From Shigella phage JK32, in sequence record MK962753.1: DNA of 64,000 nucleotides; one strand, 5' to 3'. The notes beneath the pieces were generated by a model. The model was not told where the DNA came from and did not search any database. It saw only the letters and a program-made list of their open reading frames with translations. Shown here piece by piece: positions 18,617 to 28,441 of this stretch. The translations under genes and the position numbers were made by a program. How positions within the stretch are numbered: position 1 is the first letter of the stretch; the number at the start of each line of letters is the position of its first letter.

Positions 18617-20119
18617 ATGCAAGATATTAAAATTCACTTTCTGAACTACTCTCATGTTCAAATTGAATGTAGCGATTCAATTTTATTAGAAATGCGAGAT
18701 TATTTTAGTTTTGAAGTCGAGGGAGCGCGGTTTCAAAAAAGATTTAAGTATGGTGGATGGGATGGGCGTATTCGTCTTTTAGATTACAATGGAAAGCTGC
18801 CAATCGGCCTAACTAAAACCGTGGGAATCTTCGCTAAAAATATGGGCTATAGCGTATGGGTAGACCCTCGCTTATTCGAAAAAGAACAAGTTACAGAAGA
18901 AGAAATTACAAAATGGTGTAATGATCTGGAATTATATTCCGGTGCTAACAGGATCACCCCGCATTGGTATCAATCAAAGGCTGTCTTTGAAGGTATTCAT
19001 CATAAACGCCGTATGTTAGTTTTGCCTACGTCCGCTGGTAAATCTGCGATTGCTTGTATGTTGTCTCGCTGGTACTTAGAGAACTACGAAGGGAAAGTGC
19101 TGATCATCGTTCCTACCACGTCGCTAGTGCTGCAAATGCGTGATGATTTTGTTGATTATCGCCAGTTTCCTTATGAAGCAATTCATACTATCATGAGCGG
19201 TACTAGTAAACACGTAGGTGATCGCCTGATCGTTGTTAGTACATGGCAATCTGCATGTAAACAGCCTCGTGAGTGGTTCCAACAATTTGGGATGGTAATT
19301 GTTGATGAATGTCACAAGGCCACTGCTAAAAACCTGCTAAACATCGTTACTGATATGGATCATTGCCAATTTAAGATCGGCATGACTGGTTCCCCTCGTG
19401 ACGGGAAAGCTAACATGATGCAGTATGTCGGGCTTTTCGGTGATATTTCTAAGATCGTGAGTATTGACCGCCTGATGGAAGAAGGTCAAGTGACAAAACT
19501 GAAAATTAACTGTCTTTTCCTTCGTTATACCGATGAGGAATGTAGCGCGGTTAAGGGGAGAGAATATGCGGAAGAGATCAAGTATATTACATCTAACCCA
19601 CGACGAAATAAGTTTGCTTGCAATTTGGCGCTAAAACTCGCTAAGAAGGGCGAAAACGTATTCCTTATGTTCCGCAATACTAAGCACGGAAAACTTATGT
19701 ATGACGCGTTACAGAAGGTACACGACAAGGTTTATTATATTGACGGTGGAGTTAAGACAGAAGAACGTGATGAATTTAAGAAAATGGCGGAGGGTGACAC
19801 CGGGATCATTTGTGTTGCGTCTTATGGTGTGTTCTCTACTGGTGTTTCCATCAAGAACTTGCACCATGTTATTTTCGGGCATCCAGTTAAAGAATCAACC
19901 ATTGTTAGACAGAGTATCGGTCGTGCATTGCGTAAACATGGTTCTAAGGATATTGCTACCGTTTGGGATCTTATCGATCATTTGGCGGTTAAGACAAAGA
20001 GCAAGAATGCTAAGAAACAGTTTAGCCACCTTAATTATGCTCTTAAACATGCGCTTTTGAGGATACAGCTTTACAATACCGATAAATTTGAGTATGCTAC
20101 CAAGACTATAGAAATCTAA
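18617..20119 (+). CDS. uvsW: UvsW recombination/repair helicase
   Basis: Aligns with recalled T4 UvsW (MQDIKIHF..., YFSFE, WDGRIRLLDYN, helicase motifs LPTSAGKS, DECH); start moved to ATG 18617. Confidence 0.92.
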   Translation: MQDIKIHFLNYSHVQIECSDSILLEMRDYFSFEVEGARFQKRFKYGGWDGRIRLLDYNGKLPIGLTKTVGIFAKNMGYSVWVDPRLFEKEQVTEEEITKWCNDLELYSGANRITPHWYQSKAVFEGIHHKRRMLVLPTSAGKSAIACMLSRWYLENYEGKVLIIVPTTSLVLQMRDDFVDYRQFPYEAIHTIMSGTSKHVGDRLIVVSTWQSACKQPREWFQQFGMVIVDECHKATAKNLLNIVTDMDHCQFKIGMTGSPRDGKANMMQYVGLFGDISKIVSIDRLMEEGQVTKLKINCLFLRYTDEECSAVKGREYAEEIKYITSNPRRNKFACNLALKLAKKGENVFLMFRNTKHGKLMYDALQKVHDKVYYIDGGVKTEERDEFKKMAEGDTGIICVASYGVFSTGVSIKNLHHVIFGHPVKESTIVRQSIGRALRKHGSKDIATVWDLIDHLAVKTKSKNAKKQFSHLNYALKHALLRIQLYNTDKFEYATKTIEI

Positions 20120-20130
20120 TGATACAAAAA

Positions 20131-20151
20131 TACCCCGCGCTATGCGGGGTA
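20131..20151 (+). terminator. GC-rich hairpin after uvsW (no clear U-tract)
   Basis: CCCCGC..GCGGGG stem; could be a terminator or an mRNA-stability structure. Confidence 0.35.
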
Positions 20152-20167
20152 TGGAGGAAAGAAAATC

Positions 20168-21253
20168 ATGGAACTTGTATTTGCTAAAGATATAGAATTT
20201 GTAAAGAAAACAAACAATAAGTCCCCTCAATATTATGAAGACCTTATTATCAAACGCTGTGCTGATCTGAAACTTAACTTTGATGGATTTATTCTTCCGT
20301 GGACTGGTGCTAAGACTAAATTAATTATATCAAATCCAGAAAACGGTTTGACACAGACAATAAATGTTAACAGAATGATAACTTCTACAAATCCAGGTGA
20401 CAAACTAAAACGAGCAAATGAATTGCACTACAAGTCAGAAGCAACAAAATATCTGTTAAACGCTGGTCTTGAATTTATTGGTTGGAATGGGGAATATAAT
20501 AAAAGTAATTCTCTGTCTACATGGTGCGACGCTAAATGTTTGATTCATGGAACTACTCATCGATATTTATTGCGAACTATAGTTCAGCATAAAGATATGG
20601 TAAAGACAAAATGTGTTGAATGTTATCGGATCAATGAATTGACGGAAAAATACGGTAGTGTTGATGCAGCAATAGAAGACCAAGAAAAGCGAGTTTTCGA
20701 TATTGTTTCTAAGTTGGGGTATGAAATAAAACATTTCACTGGAGACCGATTGAGAGACAGCGAAACTGATGTAGTTCTATATTGCCCTAAACATGATGTT
20801 GAGTTTAGTCGAAATGTTTGCGACCTGGTTTATAAGAAATTTGTATACTGTCCTACATGCATTTCTGTTAATAAAGGAATGAGAAGTGGAATAATCCATT
20901 CCTCCAATATAGGGGCATCTAAACCGACTTCAATCTATTTGCAAAATTTGAGCGATAAGTTTTGTAAGTTTGGCGTTAGCGTTCGCCCAAAAGTTAGGAT
21001 GTATGAGCAACAAAAAGTTTCTCAATATAACCACTCTCTTGTGTATGTTCACACTTTCGAAAAAGGCTGGATGGCTGCCGATGTGGAATATGGGATAAAA
21101 CTTAACTTTAAAGGGCGTGGTGCTAGCCCTACAGCCGTTCCTGATGGGTATACGGAAACGAGAGATATTAGTATGCTCGATAGTATAAAACAGTTTATAG
21201 AAAACTATATAAGAGAGAATCCAGAAAATCCTCTATACCTAACAGAAATTTAA
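20168..21253 (+). CDS. Zn-ribbon-repeat protein with conserved C-terminal domain ending PDGYTET (paralogue of 55545..56783)
   Basis: 361 aa; several C..C......C..C modules; C-terminal IYLQ...KFGVS...R..R..Y...PDGYTET shared with ORF 55545..56783. Confidence 0.6.
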   Translation: MELVFAKDIEFVKKTNNKSPQYYEDLIIKRCADLKLNFDGFILPWTGAKTKLIISNPENGLTQTINVNRMITSTNPGDKLKRANELHYKSEATKYLLNAGLEFIGWNGEYNKSNSLSTWCDAKCLIHGTTHRYLLRTIVQHKDMVKTKCVECYRINELTEKYGSVDAAIEDQEKRVFDIVSKLGYEIKHFTGDRLRDSETDVVLYCPKHDVEFSRNVCDLVYKKFVYCPTCISVNKGMRSGIIHSSNIGASKPTSIYLQNLSDKFCKFGVSVRPKVRMYEQQKVSQYNHSLVYVHTFEKGWMAADVEYGIKLNFKGRGASPTAVPDGYTETRDISMLDSIKQFIENYIRENPENPLYLTEI

Positions 21254-21258
21254 TAAAT

Positions 21259-21283
21259 AGGGGCATATAGCCCCTATATTTTT
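21259..21283 (+). terminator. Rho-independent terminator
   Basis: AGGGGC-ATATA-GCCCCT hairpin followed by ATATTTTTA. Confidence 0.6.
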
Positions 21284-21298
21284 ACGGAGATTAAAATA

Positions 21299-21538
21299 AT
21301 GAGTATTAGCTTTAAAAGATTCCTTGTAGAAGCGGTTATTGATGGTTTCATGAATAAAATCTATTCTTGTAATACTATGGAAGGTTTGGACGAGCTTGAA
21401 AAATATTATGAAAAGCGCAAGAAAGAGACCGATCTCAAACCGTCAGATGATATCTCTATTCGTGATGCAATAGCAGGTCGGAGAAAACAGTTAGAGAGTG
21501 AAAACGAGCCGGAGGAGGAGCCGGAAGAGGATTTTTAA
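21299..21538 (+). CDS. Hypothetical protein (79 aa, acidic C-terminus)
   Basis: ORF with upstream GGAG; no recognised homologue. Confidence 0.5.
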   Translation: MSISFKRFLVEAVIDGFMNKIYSCNTMEGLDELEKYYEKRKKETDLKPSDDISIRDAIAGRRKQLESENEPEEEPEEDF

Positions 21539-21552
21539 TAAATCATCGGATA

Positions 21553-21580
21553 CAAAAAAAAGCCCCATCAATGATGGGGC
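21553..21580 (-). terminator. Rho-independent terminator (minus strand)
   Basis: 8-bp stem GCCCCATC/GATGGGGC; A8 on + strand gives a U-run on the minus transcript. Confidence 0.6.
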
Positions 21581-21618
21581 AAACAAAACCAATTAAAATC
21601 GGTTATCAACAAATTCCT

Positions 21619-21810
21619 TTAGAGAATCAAAGTAGTTTCTACCAGTTGTTCTTGTTCTTCTGCACTTGATTCGCTCAAATGATTCCGGTTTGCAAATTCT
21701 TCGCAATATCCCGGATGAACAACATGATTTTCGATTTTAACAGCCAACGCCATTTCGACTGGCTGTTTACATACAGCACAAATACAAGTCATAAATCCTT
21801 CCTCCTGCAT
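21619..21810 (-). CDS. Small Cys-rich hypothetical protein
   Basis: 63-aa ORF with CxxC and HxxxC; start uncertain. Confidence 0.4.
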   Translation of the reverse strand: MQEEGFMTCICAVCKQPVEMALAVKIENHVVHPGYCEEFANRNHLSESSAEEQEQLVETTLIL

Positions 21811-21822
21811 ATATTTAGTGTC

Positions 21823-22230
21823 TTACTTTCCAGACTCAAGCATACGCAACTCTATAGCATTCTTGATCGCGAATCCTCGCGATTTGATTATATCAAGAGC
21901 CTTGCCAGCAAAATCCATAACCATTTGATAATAAGCAATTTTTGTGTCCAATGGTAGGATATCATCATCTGCCGCCATCACAACTTTCAATTCTGATGTG
22001 GCGTACTCAACTCTACACCATTCATCACTACGATTAGTGTAAAAGTCAAGTTTATTTTTTGTGGCTTTCTTTTTCTTTGCTTCCAGCGCAATGATCTCGC
22101 GCTTTGCTTCACTATACACACGAAGCCATTTAGAGTAAACTACAGGGTTATTAAGTGCTTCCCATTGTAGCTTTGTTGCGTCGATCTTGACGTCAGCGTC
22201 AAGCTGGTCTTTGAGTTCATTCAGGTCCAT
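21823..22230 (-). CDS. uvsY: UvsY recombination mediator
   Basis: C-terminus IKSRGFAIK...E.GK matches T4 UvsY; start moved to ATG 22230 (RBS GAGGTG). Confidence 0.88.
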   Translation of the reverse strand: MDLNELKDQLDADVKIDATKLQWEALNNPVVYSKWLRVYSEAKREIIALEAKKKKATKNKLDFYTNRSDEWCRVEYATSELKVVMAADDDILPLDTKIAYYQMVMDFAGKALDIIKSRGFAIKNAIELRMLESGK

Positions 22231-22245
22231 AGTAAAACACCTCAA

Positions 22246-22632
22246 TCATTTAGACAATCTAACTCTAAGTTGTTCTAACTCATCTGGATTGTCTATAACA
22301 GAAAAATAAACCGTTACGATAATCGAGTTCTCATCATACTGCGGAGTTACGTCTACGTCAAGCCTTTTTACTCGTGGTTCGTAGTTTCTTATCGATTCTG
22401 TGATATTCTTAGACAAGGTATCCACAGTCAATGGGTTGATGTTTTCGAATAGTGCGCGGTTTAGATCACATCCAAAGTTAGGATCAAACGGGCGAGATCC
22501 CTTAGCCGTGGTTATGATCAGCAATATGGAATCTTTAACCGCTTTAATCCCTGTGTTCTTTTTAATATCGTTGTTCCATGCTCGCTTAAACTCTAGATTT
22601 AAGTCAGTGTACATCTGGTTAACTGTTGTCAT
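22246..22632 (-). CDS. 25: Baseplate wedge subunit gp25
   Basis: Matches T4 gp25 (IITTAKGSRPFDPNFGCDL, RNYEPR, FSVIDNPDE). Confidence 0.9.
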   Translation of the reverse strand: MTTVNQMYTDLNLEFKRAWNNDIKKNTGIKAVKDSILLIITTAKGSRPFDPNFGCDLNRALFENINPLTVDTLSKNITESIRNYEPRVKRLDVDVTPQYDENSIIVTVYFSVIDNPDELEQLRVRLSK

Positions 22633-22639
22633 AACTACC

Positions 22640-23278
22640 TCAAAGGATCGTCAGAAATTCATTAAGACCCCTGATCGAATGAATACCGGACTCCCCGCAC
22701 TCACACTTGATCGGCACTGCCAGTGTGATTTGTGGTCCTGTCAACTCATCGATGATAGTCTCTACATGTTCTGTTGTCAACATGCTTAGTATGGTGTCGA
22801 AGTCTTGCTCGTTTAGGTCATTAATATCAAATTCCTGATTATCTATGACAATATAATCAATACAAGCAATTACCATCTGCATGATATCGTCATCTTCTGT
22901 AAAACGCGGAGGACGGAATTTAATTTTAACCCCTCCTAAATCTAACAGATATGGTTCTGTGTCTGGGATCTGTGTCCGTTCAACGTTAAGATTGTATTCT
23001 TTCTCTTTGTTACATACTCCACACACCCACGTAGATTTGAAATTTTCTTTTGCTAGGCTATGACACCATAGCATAAGGAATAGATATTCAGCCTCGCACT
23101 TCTCTAGCTCTAATGCGTTAATTCCTGTACATTCATTGATAATGTCTAATACCGCTTCCTTAAGACGTCCAGTGCTCTTATATTCTACTAATTTTTGAAA
23201 TTCTTCATAGGTGAATGCTCTAGCGGTGATCGTCTTATCACCTAACTTGATCTTGAAAATATGTTGCATAGTATACAC
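22640..23278 (-). CDS. 26: Baseplate hub subunit gp26
   Basis: 212 aa, position between 25 and 51, CxxC motif, paralogous to the downstream gp51-like protein. Confidence 0.75.
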   Translation of the reverse strand: MYTMQHIFKIKLGDKTITARAFTYEEFQKLVEYKSTGRLKEAVLDIINECTGINALELEKCEAEYLFLMLWCHSLAKENFKSTWVCGVCNKEKEYNLNVERTQIPDTEPYLLDLGGVKIKFRPPRFTEDDDIMQMVIACIDYIVIDNQEFDINDLNEQDFDTILSMLTTEHVETIIDELTGPQITLAVPIKCECGESGIHSIRGLNEFLTIL

Positions 23279-23310
23279 CTCTTATGATACATAGAAATTA
23301 TTTAGTATTT

Positions 23311-23318
23311 TATAAATA
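23311..23318 (+). promoter_or_regulatory. T4-type late promoter (TATAAATA) for gene 51
   Basis: Exact TATAAATA about 20 nt upstream of gene 51 ATG, in the divergent 26/51 intergenic region. Confidence 0.6.
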
Positions 23319-23338
23319 CCCGAAAGGGGGATTGTATT

Positions 23339-24112
23339 ATGAATGTTATACGAATTAAAATGCCAGATGGCGGGGCTAAACGTTTTAAGCCATTCACTGT
23401 AAAAGATTATCGTGATTTTCTTTTAGTTTCGGCTGATATGAAAGGCAATCCATCGGAGGAACAACTGATTCTGGATGAATTGCTGGAGGAATTATACCCT
23501 GATGTGGACCCGATATTCCGAGAATATATTTTCCTGAACGTTTTTACTAGCTCAATAGGCAAAACAAAATTACCACTTTCTTTTAAGTGTCCAACCTGTG
23601 GTAAGGAAAAACGAATACTGTTAAACCTTGCTGTTCCGGCACTGCAACCAATCGTCCTAGAAACGGCTGGGCTTAAAATTAAGTTTAAGTATGTGAAACC
23701 ATCAAGCGACTACGCAAAAACGTTTCTAGAAGCTATTGAGAGCGTTTCTGACGGTGATCATGAGTATGTATGGACCGAATTGCCGGAGGAAGTGCGCGAT
23801 CAGGTTATAGATTCGATATCCTTCGCAGAATTTGAAACCATAGTAAAGAAAATGCACACCATTTTGATTGAGCAGAAGATCAAATGTTGTGATACACACG
23901 AATTAAGATATACTGATTTGTTGGGGTTATATAAACTAATCCTTAATCCAGATGAGCTTTTTACTTTTTATAGGATTAATCATTTGCTTGTAAAAAGTAG
24001 TTATACGTTTGGTGATCTAATGGATATGTTGCCAGTAGAAAGAAATATCGCCCTAACATTAGTAGAAAAAGACGTTAAAGAGGCAAATAATGCAAAGACC
24101 CGGATTTCCTAA
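23339..24112 (+). CDS. 51: Baseplate hub assembly protein gp51
   Basis: 257 aa; synteny (26 | 51-27-28-29-48-54); shares CPTCGKEK...LKIKFKY..P module with gp26. Confidence 0.75.
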   Translation: MNVIRIKMPDGGAKRFKPFTVKDYRDFLLVSADMKGNPSEEQLILDELLEELYPDVDPIFREYIFLNVFTSSIGKTKLPLSFKCPTCGKEKRILLNLAVPALQPIVLETAGLKIKFKYVKPSSDYAKTFLEAIESVSDGDHEYVWTELPEEVRDQVIDSISFAEFETIVKKMHTILIEQKIKCCDTHELRYTDLLGLYKLILNPDELFTFYRINHLLVKSSYTFGDLMDMLPVERNIALTLVEKDVKEANNAKTRIS

Positions 24113-25199
24113 CGTCTCTATAAAGCTATATCAGGACTATGAAGCATTTTTGGAAAATAGATTTGTTGAATTGGGAGCAACCTTCATTACAATGACATTA
24201 CGAGATTCTCTTCGTGGTGTCAATGAAGGTCTACTACAGATCTATGATTCTAAGGCGCTTCATACGAAATTAGCAGGAACAGAGATTATACAAATTTCAT
24301 TATCAACGGCTAATACTGAACAAGTATTCAACCGGATATATGGTATCGCGCATAGTAATGTGACCGTTGACTCTAAGGCCGATAATATAATAACCTTCCA
24401 GTTAAAGAGCTACCATGAAACGCTGAATCTAAAGTTTTCTCGCGCTACCGACACTAACGCGATGAATAACATCACCAGTATGATAGACGCGATCTATAAG
24501 AATGTTCCCTTGTGGAAACCTACCATTACAGGAGTAAACGTATTCATTCCTAAGTGTCCGTGGGTTAGTACCGTCAATGACTATTTTGAATATGTGAGAA
24601 CACATGGTCAGAGTGTAGACAACGAATCGTTCGTTTACTGTTGGGAAGACTTTGACGGGATCAAGATCACCGATCATAAACTACTAATGCAGGGTGATCC
24701 AATTCCTGCTATCGTCACCGAGCCTACCCTAACAGGACAATTCATGGATATGAGCGAATATTTGATGGTGTTTAACTTTGAGTGGGATACTAAGAGTAAT
24801 GCGGTAACAAAAAACTCATTCGCTAATGTCACTTACACAACAATTGATTTCATCACGAAGCAGTATAACAAGATTGTAGTGGGTAATGGTGATAACATAG
24901 CTCATTTTGCACATGGTGGTGCCTATGGTAATTTGACATATAAAAACGCGTATCTTGAAGGTTCTAAACTGGCAACTTTTGGACAATTTGATTCCTATGC
25001 CAGCGCGGTGTGTCATGGTAATTTCTCTCTACGTCCGGCACAAAAGCTAAGATTCTTTGATGCTAAACAGCAAATTCGCACCGACTTTATTGTCGATGAA
25101 GTTGTTCATGAAATTTGTCGAGAACAATCATTAACACATATTCACATGTTTAGTCATAGTGAGATTTTGAAAGATGTACAATTTGAAGGTAAAATGTGA
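24090..25199 (+). CDS. 27: Baseplate hub subunit gp27
   Basis: 369 aa; synteny and size; overlaps gene 51 end. Confidence 0.8.
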   Translation: MQRPGFPNVSIKLYQDYEAFLENRFVELGATFITMTLRDSLRGVNEGLLQIYDSKALHTKLAGTEIIQISLSTANTEQVFNRIYGIAHSNVTVDSKADNIITFQLKSYHETLNLKFSRATDTNAMNNITSMIDAIYKNVPLWKPTITGVNVFIPKCPWVSTVNDYFEYVRTHGQSVDNESFVYCWEDFDGIKITDHKLLMQGDPIPAIVTEPTLTGQFMDMSEYLMVFNFEWDTKSNAVTKNSFANVTYTTIDFITKQYNKIVVGNGDNIAHFAHGGAYGNLTYKNAYLEGSKLATFGQFDSYASAVCHGNFSLRPAQKLRFFDAKQQIRTDFIVDEVVHEICREQSLTHIHMFSHSEILKDVQFEGKM

Positions 25200-25717
25200 T
25201 GACTGATACTAAACCATCTCTAAAATTTGTTGTTCCTGTTAAAAATATTACCGTTAACGGGAAACATATCAAGATCCCTAAAATGGGGATCAAACAGCAC
25301 AGATTATTAAAAGATGTTCGTAGCTGTGAAGAGACTTTAAAAATTCTACTTGATTCCATTCACCCAGGACTAAATGCAGCCGAAGCAGAATATGTTATGC
25401 TTCACTTATGCTCTTTTAATGGCAAATGCCTAGAAGAAAAAGATGGTTTGCGATTGGATGATGTTTATATCTGTACAGAATCGGAGTTTGAATTTAATGG
25501 CGAGAAATTCAAGTTCACGCCTCCTATGCTCTCTTCTGAATATACACATGATGATGCAAATTTCCTAAGCAATCACTATCACGATCCTAGTGTAGACTTT
25601 CATAAATTCCCAGCGTTTATTATGAATTGGGCTACAGGATTAAGAAAAACCGTTGCCTTAGATACTCCAGAAGGTACTATCTATGGTGGCATTAACATAT
25701 TGGATCGCCTATCATGA
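25196..25717 (+). CDS. 28: Baseplate hub distal subunit gp28
   Basis: 173 aa; synteny and size; ATGA overlap with gene 27. Confidence 0.75.
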   Translation: MMTDTKPSLKFVVPVKNITVNGKHIKIPKMGIKQHRLLKDVRSCEETLKILLDSIHPGLNAAEAEYVMLHLCSFNGKCLEEKDGLRLDDVYICTESEFEFNGEKFKFTPPMLSSEYTHDDANFLSNHYHDPSVDFHKFPAFIMNWATGLRKTVALDTPEGTIYGGINILDRLS

Positions 25718-27393
25718 ATGACACATTAACATCATTTCGCGGAATGCGTAAAGACGCAGAAAATGATCCGCTTGATAAATTAGAAAAATTGGACAAACTA
25801 GATTCTATTGATAATCTTCAAGCTGCAAGCGAATTGGTAGCAGAGACAGTAGAACAAAAATCTAATGAAGTTATTGGAGCGGTGGAGGATAACACCGCCG
25901 CCAACGAATTAACGGCAGAAAACACACAATCAACTGCTGGTAATACTCAAAAAACCTATGAAGAATTGCAGAAGTTGAACAGCTTTTCTTCTCAGATGAA
26001 TGAGAAATTACGCGGTTTTGGTGTTATGATGGAACGTAGATTCAGCGTAGTTTCTAAGATCACCAGTGGTCTTGATGCAATTGAAAAGGCCATCAAGGAT
26101 GAGAAACAGCCGGAACAAACTATGCCATCACCGCAACCAGTTTTGCCGAGTGTACCGGAACAACAAAATAACGATAACTACCCTACGTTACCTAAGAAGC
26201 CTAAAGACGATAAGAAAAAGAAAGATAAGAACAGCGACCGTGACAATAATATGCAAATGCTAATAAAAGCGGTTCGCGGTGGATTTAAAGAGACTGTTGG
26301 TGTATCCAACAAGATATTCTCTATGCTGTTTAAAATGACCGTAACTGCATTGCTGGAAGTTGCCAAATGGGGAGCTATTCTTCTGGGGATCGTTGTTGCT
26401 ATTGATACTCTTATGATTCATTTTAGATACTGGAGCACGCAGTTTAACGAGAACTTTGGCGGGTTTATGAAGAAGGCCGGAGGATGGGGTACATCACTAA
26501 CAAGTATTTTAGCTAGTGTTGACGCGATTAAAGATTTTTGGGCTAAAAAACAATATGGTGATCTAGTTTGGGAAATTGTTAAAGGCATCGGTAAATCATT
26601 AAAAGATGCATTCTTCCAGTTAGATAAAATTGTCACTCAAGGCGTAGCGTCTGTATTGCGAACTATTCCTATGATGGGTGATGTTGCTGATACTATGGAA
26701 TATAACGCGCTAAAACAAGCTAAAGAGCATGGTGGATATAAACTTACACCAGAAGAAAATAAACTTTATCTTCGTAAGAAAAAAGAAGAAGATATGGAAA
26801 AAGGTAAACTTGCTAAAGCTAAATTAGCCGTTGAGAAATATAATCAGCCTTTGGGGATGCAAACAGAAATTTTGTTGTCGCCCGAAGAACAAAATGCTGT
26901 AGATAGATATGAAGAATTGAAGTCTGTGAGTGAGGAAAAATATTTGCGTAGTGGTGCTATTACTAGCGATGCAGAATCTGACTTAAAAAGAAATATTTCT
27001 ATGTTGGATTCGCTTAAGCCAAACTTACATGACAAACAGATTGCCGAACTTGATGCTAATGTAAATGAATATCGATCTTTGGTTAATGATGACTCATTGC
27101 TTTCTACTGATCGCAGAATGATTCAGGATCTGCTTAATCGTTATGACAAACTTCGTGCGGATAAAAACGCTAAGGTAACAGTAACCGCGCCTCCACCGGA
27201 TGAAACCGATACAGCAAAACAAGCAACGGCAATAGAACAGGGGCAATTACAGAATATCAGGAATGATAATTCTATTTCTAATACAGCCAACGTTGCAAAC
27301 ACGCAGATCTATAACAATAATAGAACGGTGCAGATAACACGGCCTCAAACTAGTACGCCTTCTCCCGGCCTATTACAGAAAGGAATAGTTTAA
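25714..27393 (+). CDS. 29: Baseplate hub subunit / tail length determinator gp29
   Basis: 559 aa; synteny and size; internal hydrophobic segment and helical regions. Confidence 0.8.
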   Translation: MNDTLTSFRGMRKDAENDPLDKLEKLDKLDSIDNLQAASELVAETVEQKSNEVIGAVEDNTAANELTAENTQSTAGNTQKTYEELQKLNSFSSQMNEKLRGFGVMMERRFSVVSKITSGLDAIEKAIKDEKQPEQTMPSPQPVLPSVPEQQNNDNYPTLPKKPKDDKKKKDKNSDRDNNMQMLIKAVRGGFKETVGVSNKIFSMLFKMTVTALLEVAKWGAILLGIVVAIDTLMIHFRYWSTQFNENFGGFMKKAGGWGTSLTSILASVDAIKDFWAKKQYGDLVWEIVKGIGKSLKDAFFQLDKIVTQGVASVLRTIPMMGDVADTMEYNALKQAKEHGGYKLTPEENKLYLRKKKEEDMEKGKLAKAKLAVEKYNQPLGMQTEILLSPEEQNAVDRYEELKSVSEEKYLRSGAITSDAESDLKRNISMLDSLKPNLHDKQIAELDANVNEYRSLVNDDSLLSTDRRMIQDLLNRYDKLRADKNAKVTVTAPPPDETDTAKQATAIEQGQLQNIRNDNSISNTANVANTQIYNNNRTVQITRPQTSTPSPGLLQKGIV

Positions 27394-27394
27394 T

Positions 27395-28441
27395 ATGAAA
27401 ATTAAAATTTTGGATGATGCTAATGACGCCTTAAAAAAAGGCGTCAAAGCGTCTGCTGGGTTTACTCAAAAACAAGACAAGTCAACTTTAACCGCTCAAT
27501 TTCCATCTGAACGAGCTAGCGGTAATGATTCGTCTGGTATATACATAAATGACCTTTATAGTAATGGCTTGTTGTTTACTGCCTATGATTATAGAGAACG
27601 TGTTACTAGTTCTCTTCGTGATTTTAGAAATGAGCACAGTACATTACGTGGATTTGGTGCGAATGGGAAAATAGGGTCAAAAGATTTTTATAAAACATCG
27701 TTTGACCGTGATGCTGTTGCTAATATCCTGCTTCCTCGTAGTCAATCAGATGTTGATGCGGTAAGTCACAAGTTTAATGATGTTGGTGAATCTCTCGTTA
27801 CTCGTGGTGGTGGTACTATTTCTGGTGCATTATCTGCTATGGCATCGACCGCAGTATTTGGTGGTTTGGAAAGTTTGACAGGTGGTTATCTTGCGGATAA
27901 AAACGAGCAGATCTATAATACCGCTCGTAGTATGTATGCTGGGGCAGATCCTAGAACTAAAAACTACGTCTGGCACTTAACCCCACGTAGTATTGAAGAC
28001 CTGCGAAATATCCTGATTATCTATGAAACGTTTGTAGAATTGTCTTATGGATCTAGTGGTATTTCCAGTACCGCAAAACAATTAAAAGCGGAAGTTGATG
28101 CATGGTATAAAAAGACAATTCTTTCTAAAACGGTTCCAGAAGGTGCTGATACAACGGGTACTGTATTTGAGGGAATAACTGACTTTTTGACAAACGTAAC
28201 CACTGTGTCGAATCCTACTATATGGATGGTCTCAAATTTCGGTAAGAGATCTGCTTATGAGGGACGTAATGACTCTTTCGGACCAGCGCAGATCACTAAC
28301 GTAAGACTTGATAAATCACCAGATGGTAAATTTGGTGGCCTGGCAATATCTCCTAACTTACCGAGTACCTTTGTTTTGGAAGTATCGTTTAGGGAGATTC
28401 TTACTCTTTCCCGTGGTACTGTATTTGGGAGTCAATTATAA
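27395..28441 (+). CDS. 48: Baseplate tail tube cap gp48
   Basis: 348 aa; synteny and size. Confidence 0.8.
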   Translation: MKIKILDDANDALKKGVKASAGFTQKQDKSTLTAQFPSERASGNDSSGIYINDLYSNGLLFTAYDYRERVTSSLRDFRNEHSTLRGFGANGKIGSKDFYKTSFDRDAVANILLPRSQSDVDAVSHKFNDVGESLVTRGGGTISGALSAMASTAVFGGLESLTGGYLADKNEQIYNTARSMYAGADPRTKNYVWHLTPRSIEDLRNILIIYETFVELSYGSSGISSTAKQLKAEVDAWYKKTILSKTVPEGADTTGTVFEGITDFLTNVTTVSNPTIWMVSNFGKRSAYEGRNDSFGPAQITNVRLDKSPDGKFGGLAISPNLPSTFVLEVSFREILTLSRGTVFGSQL

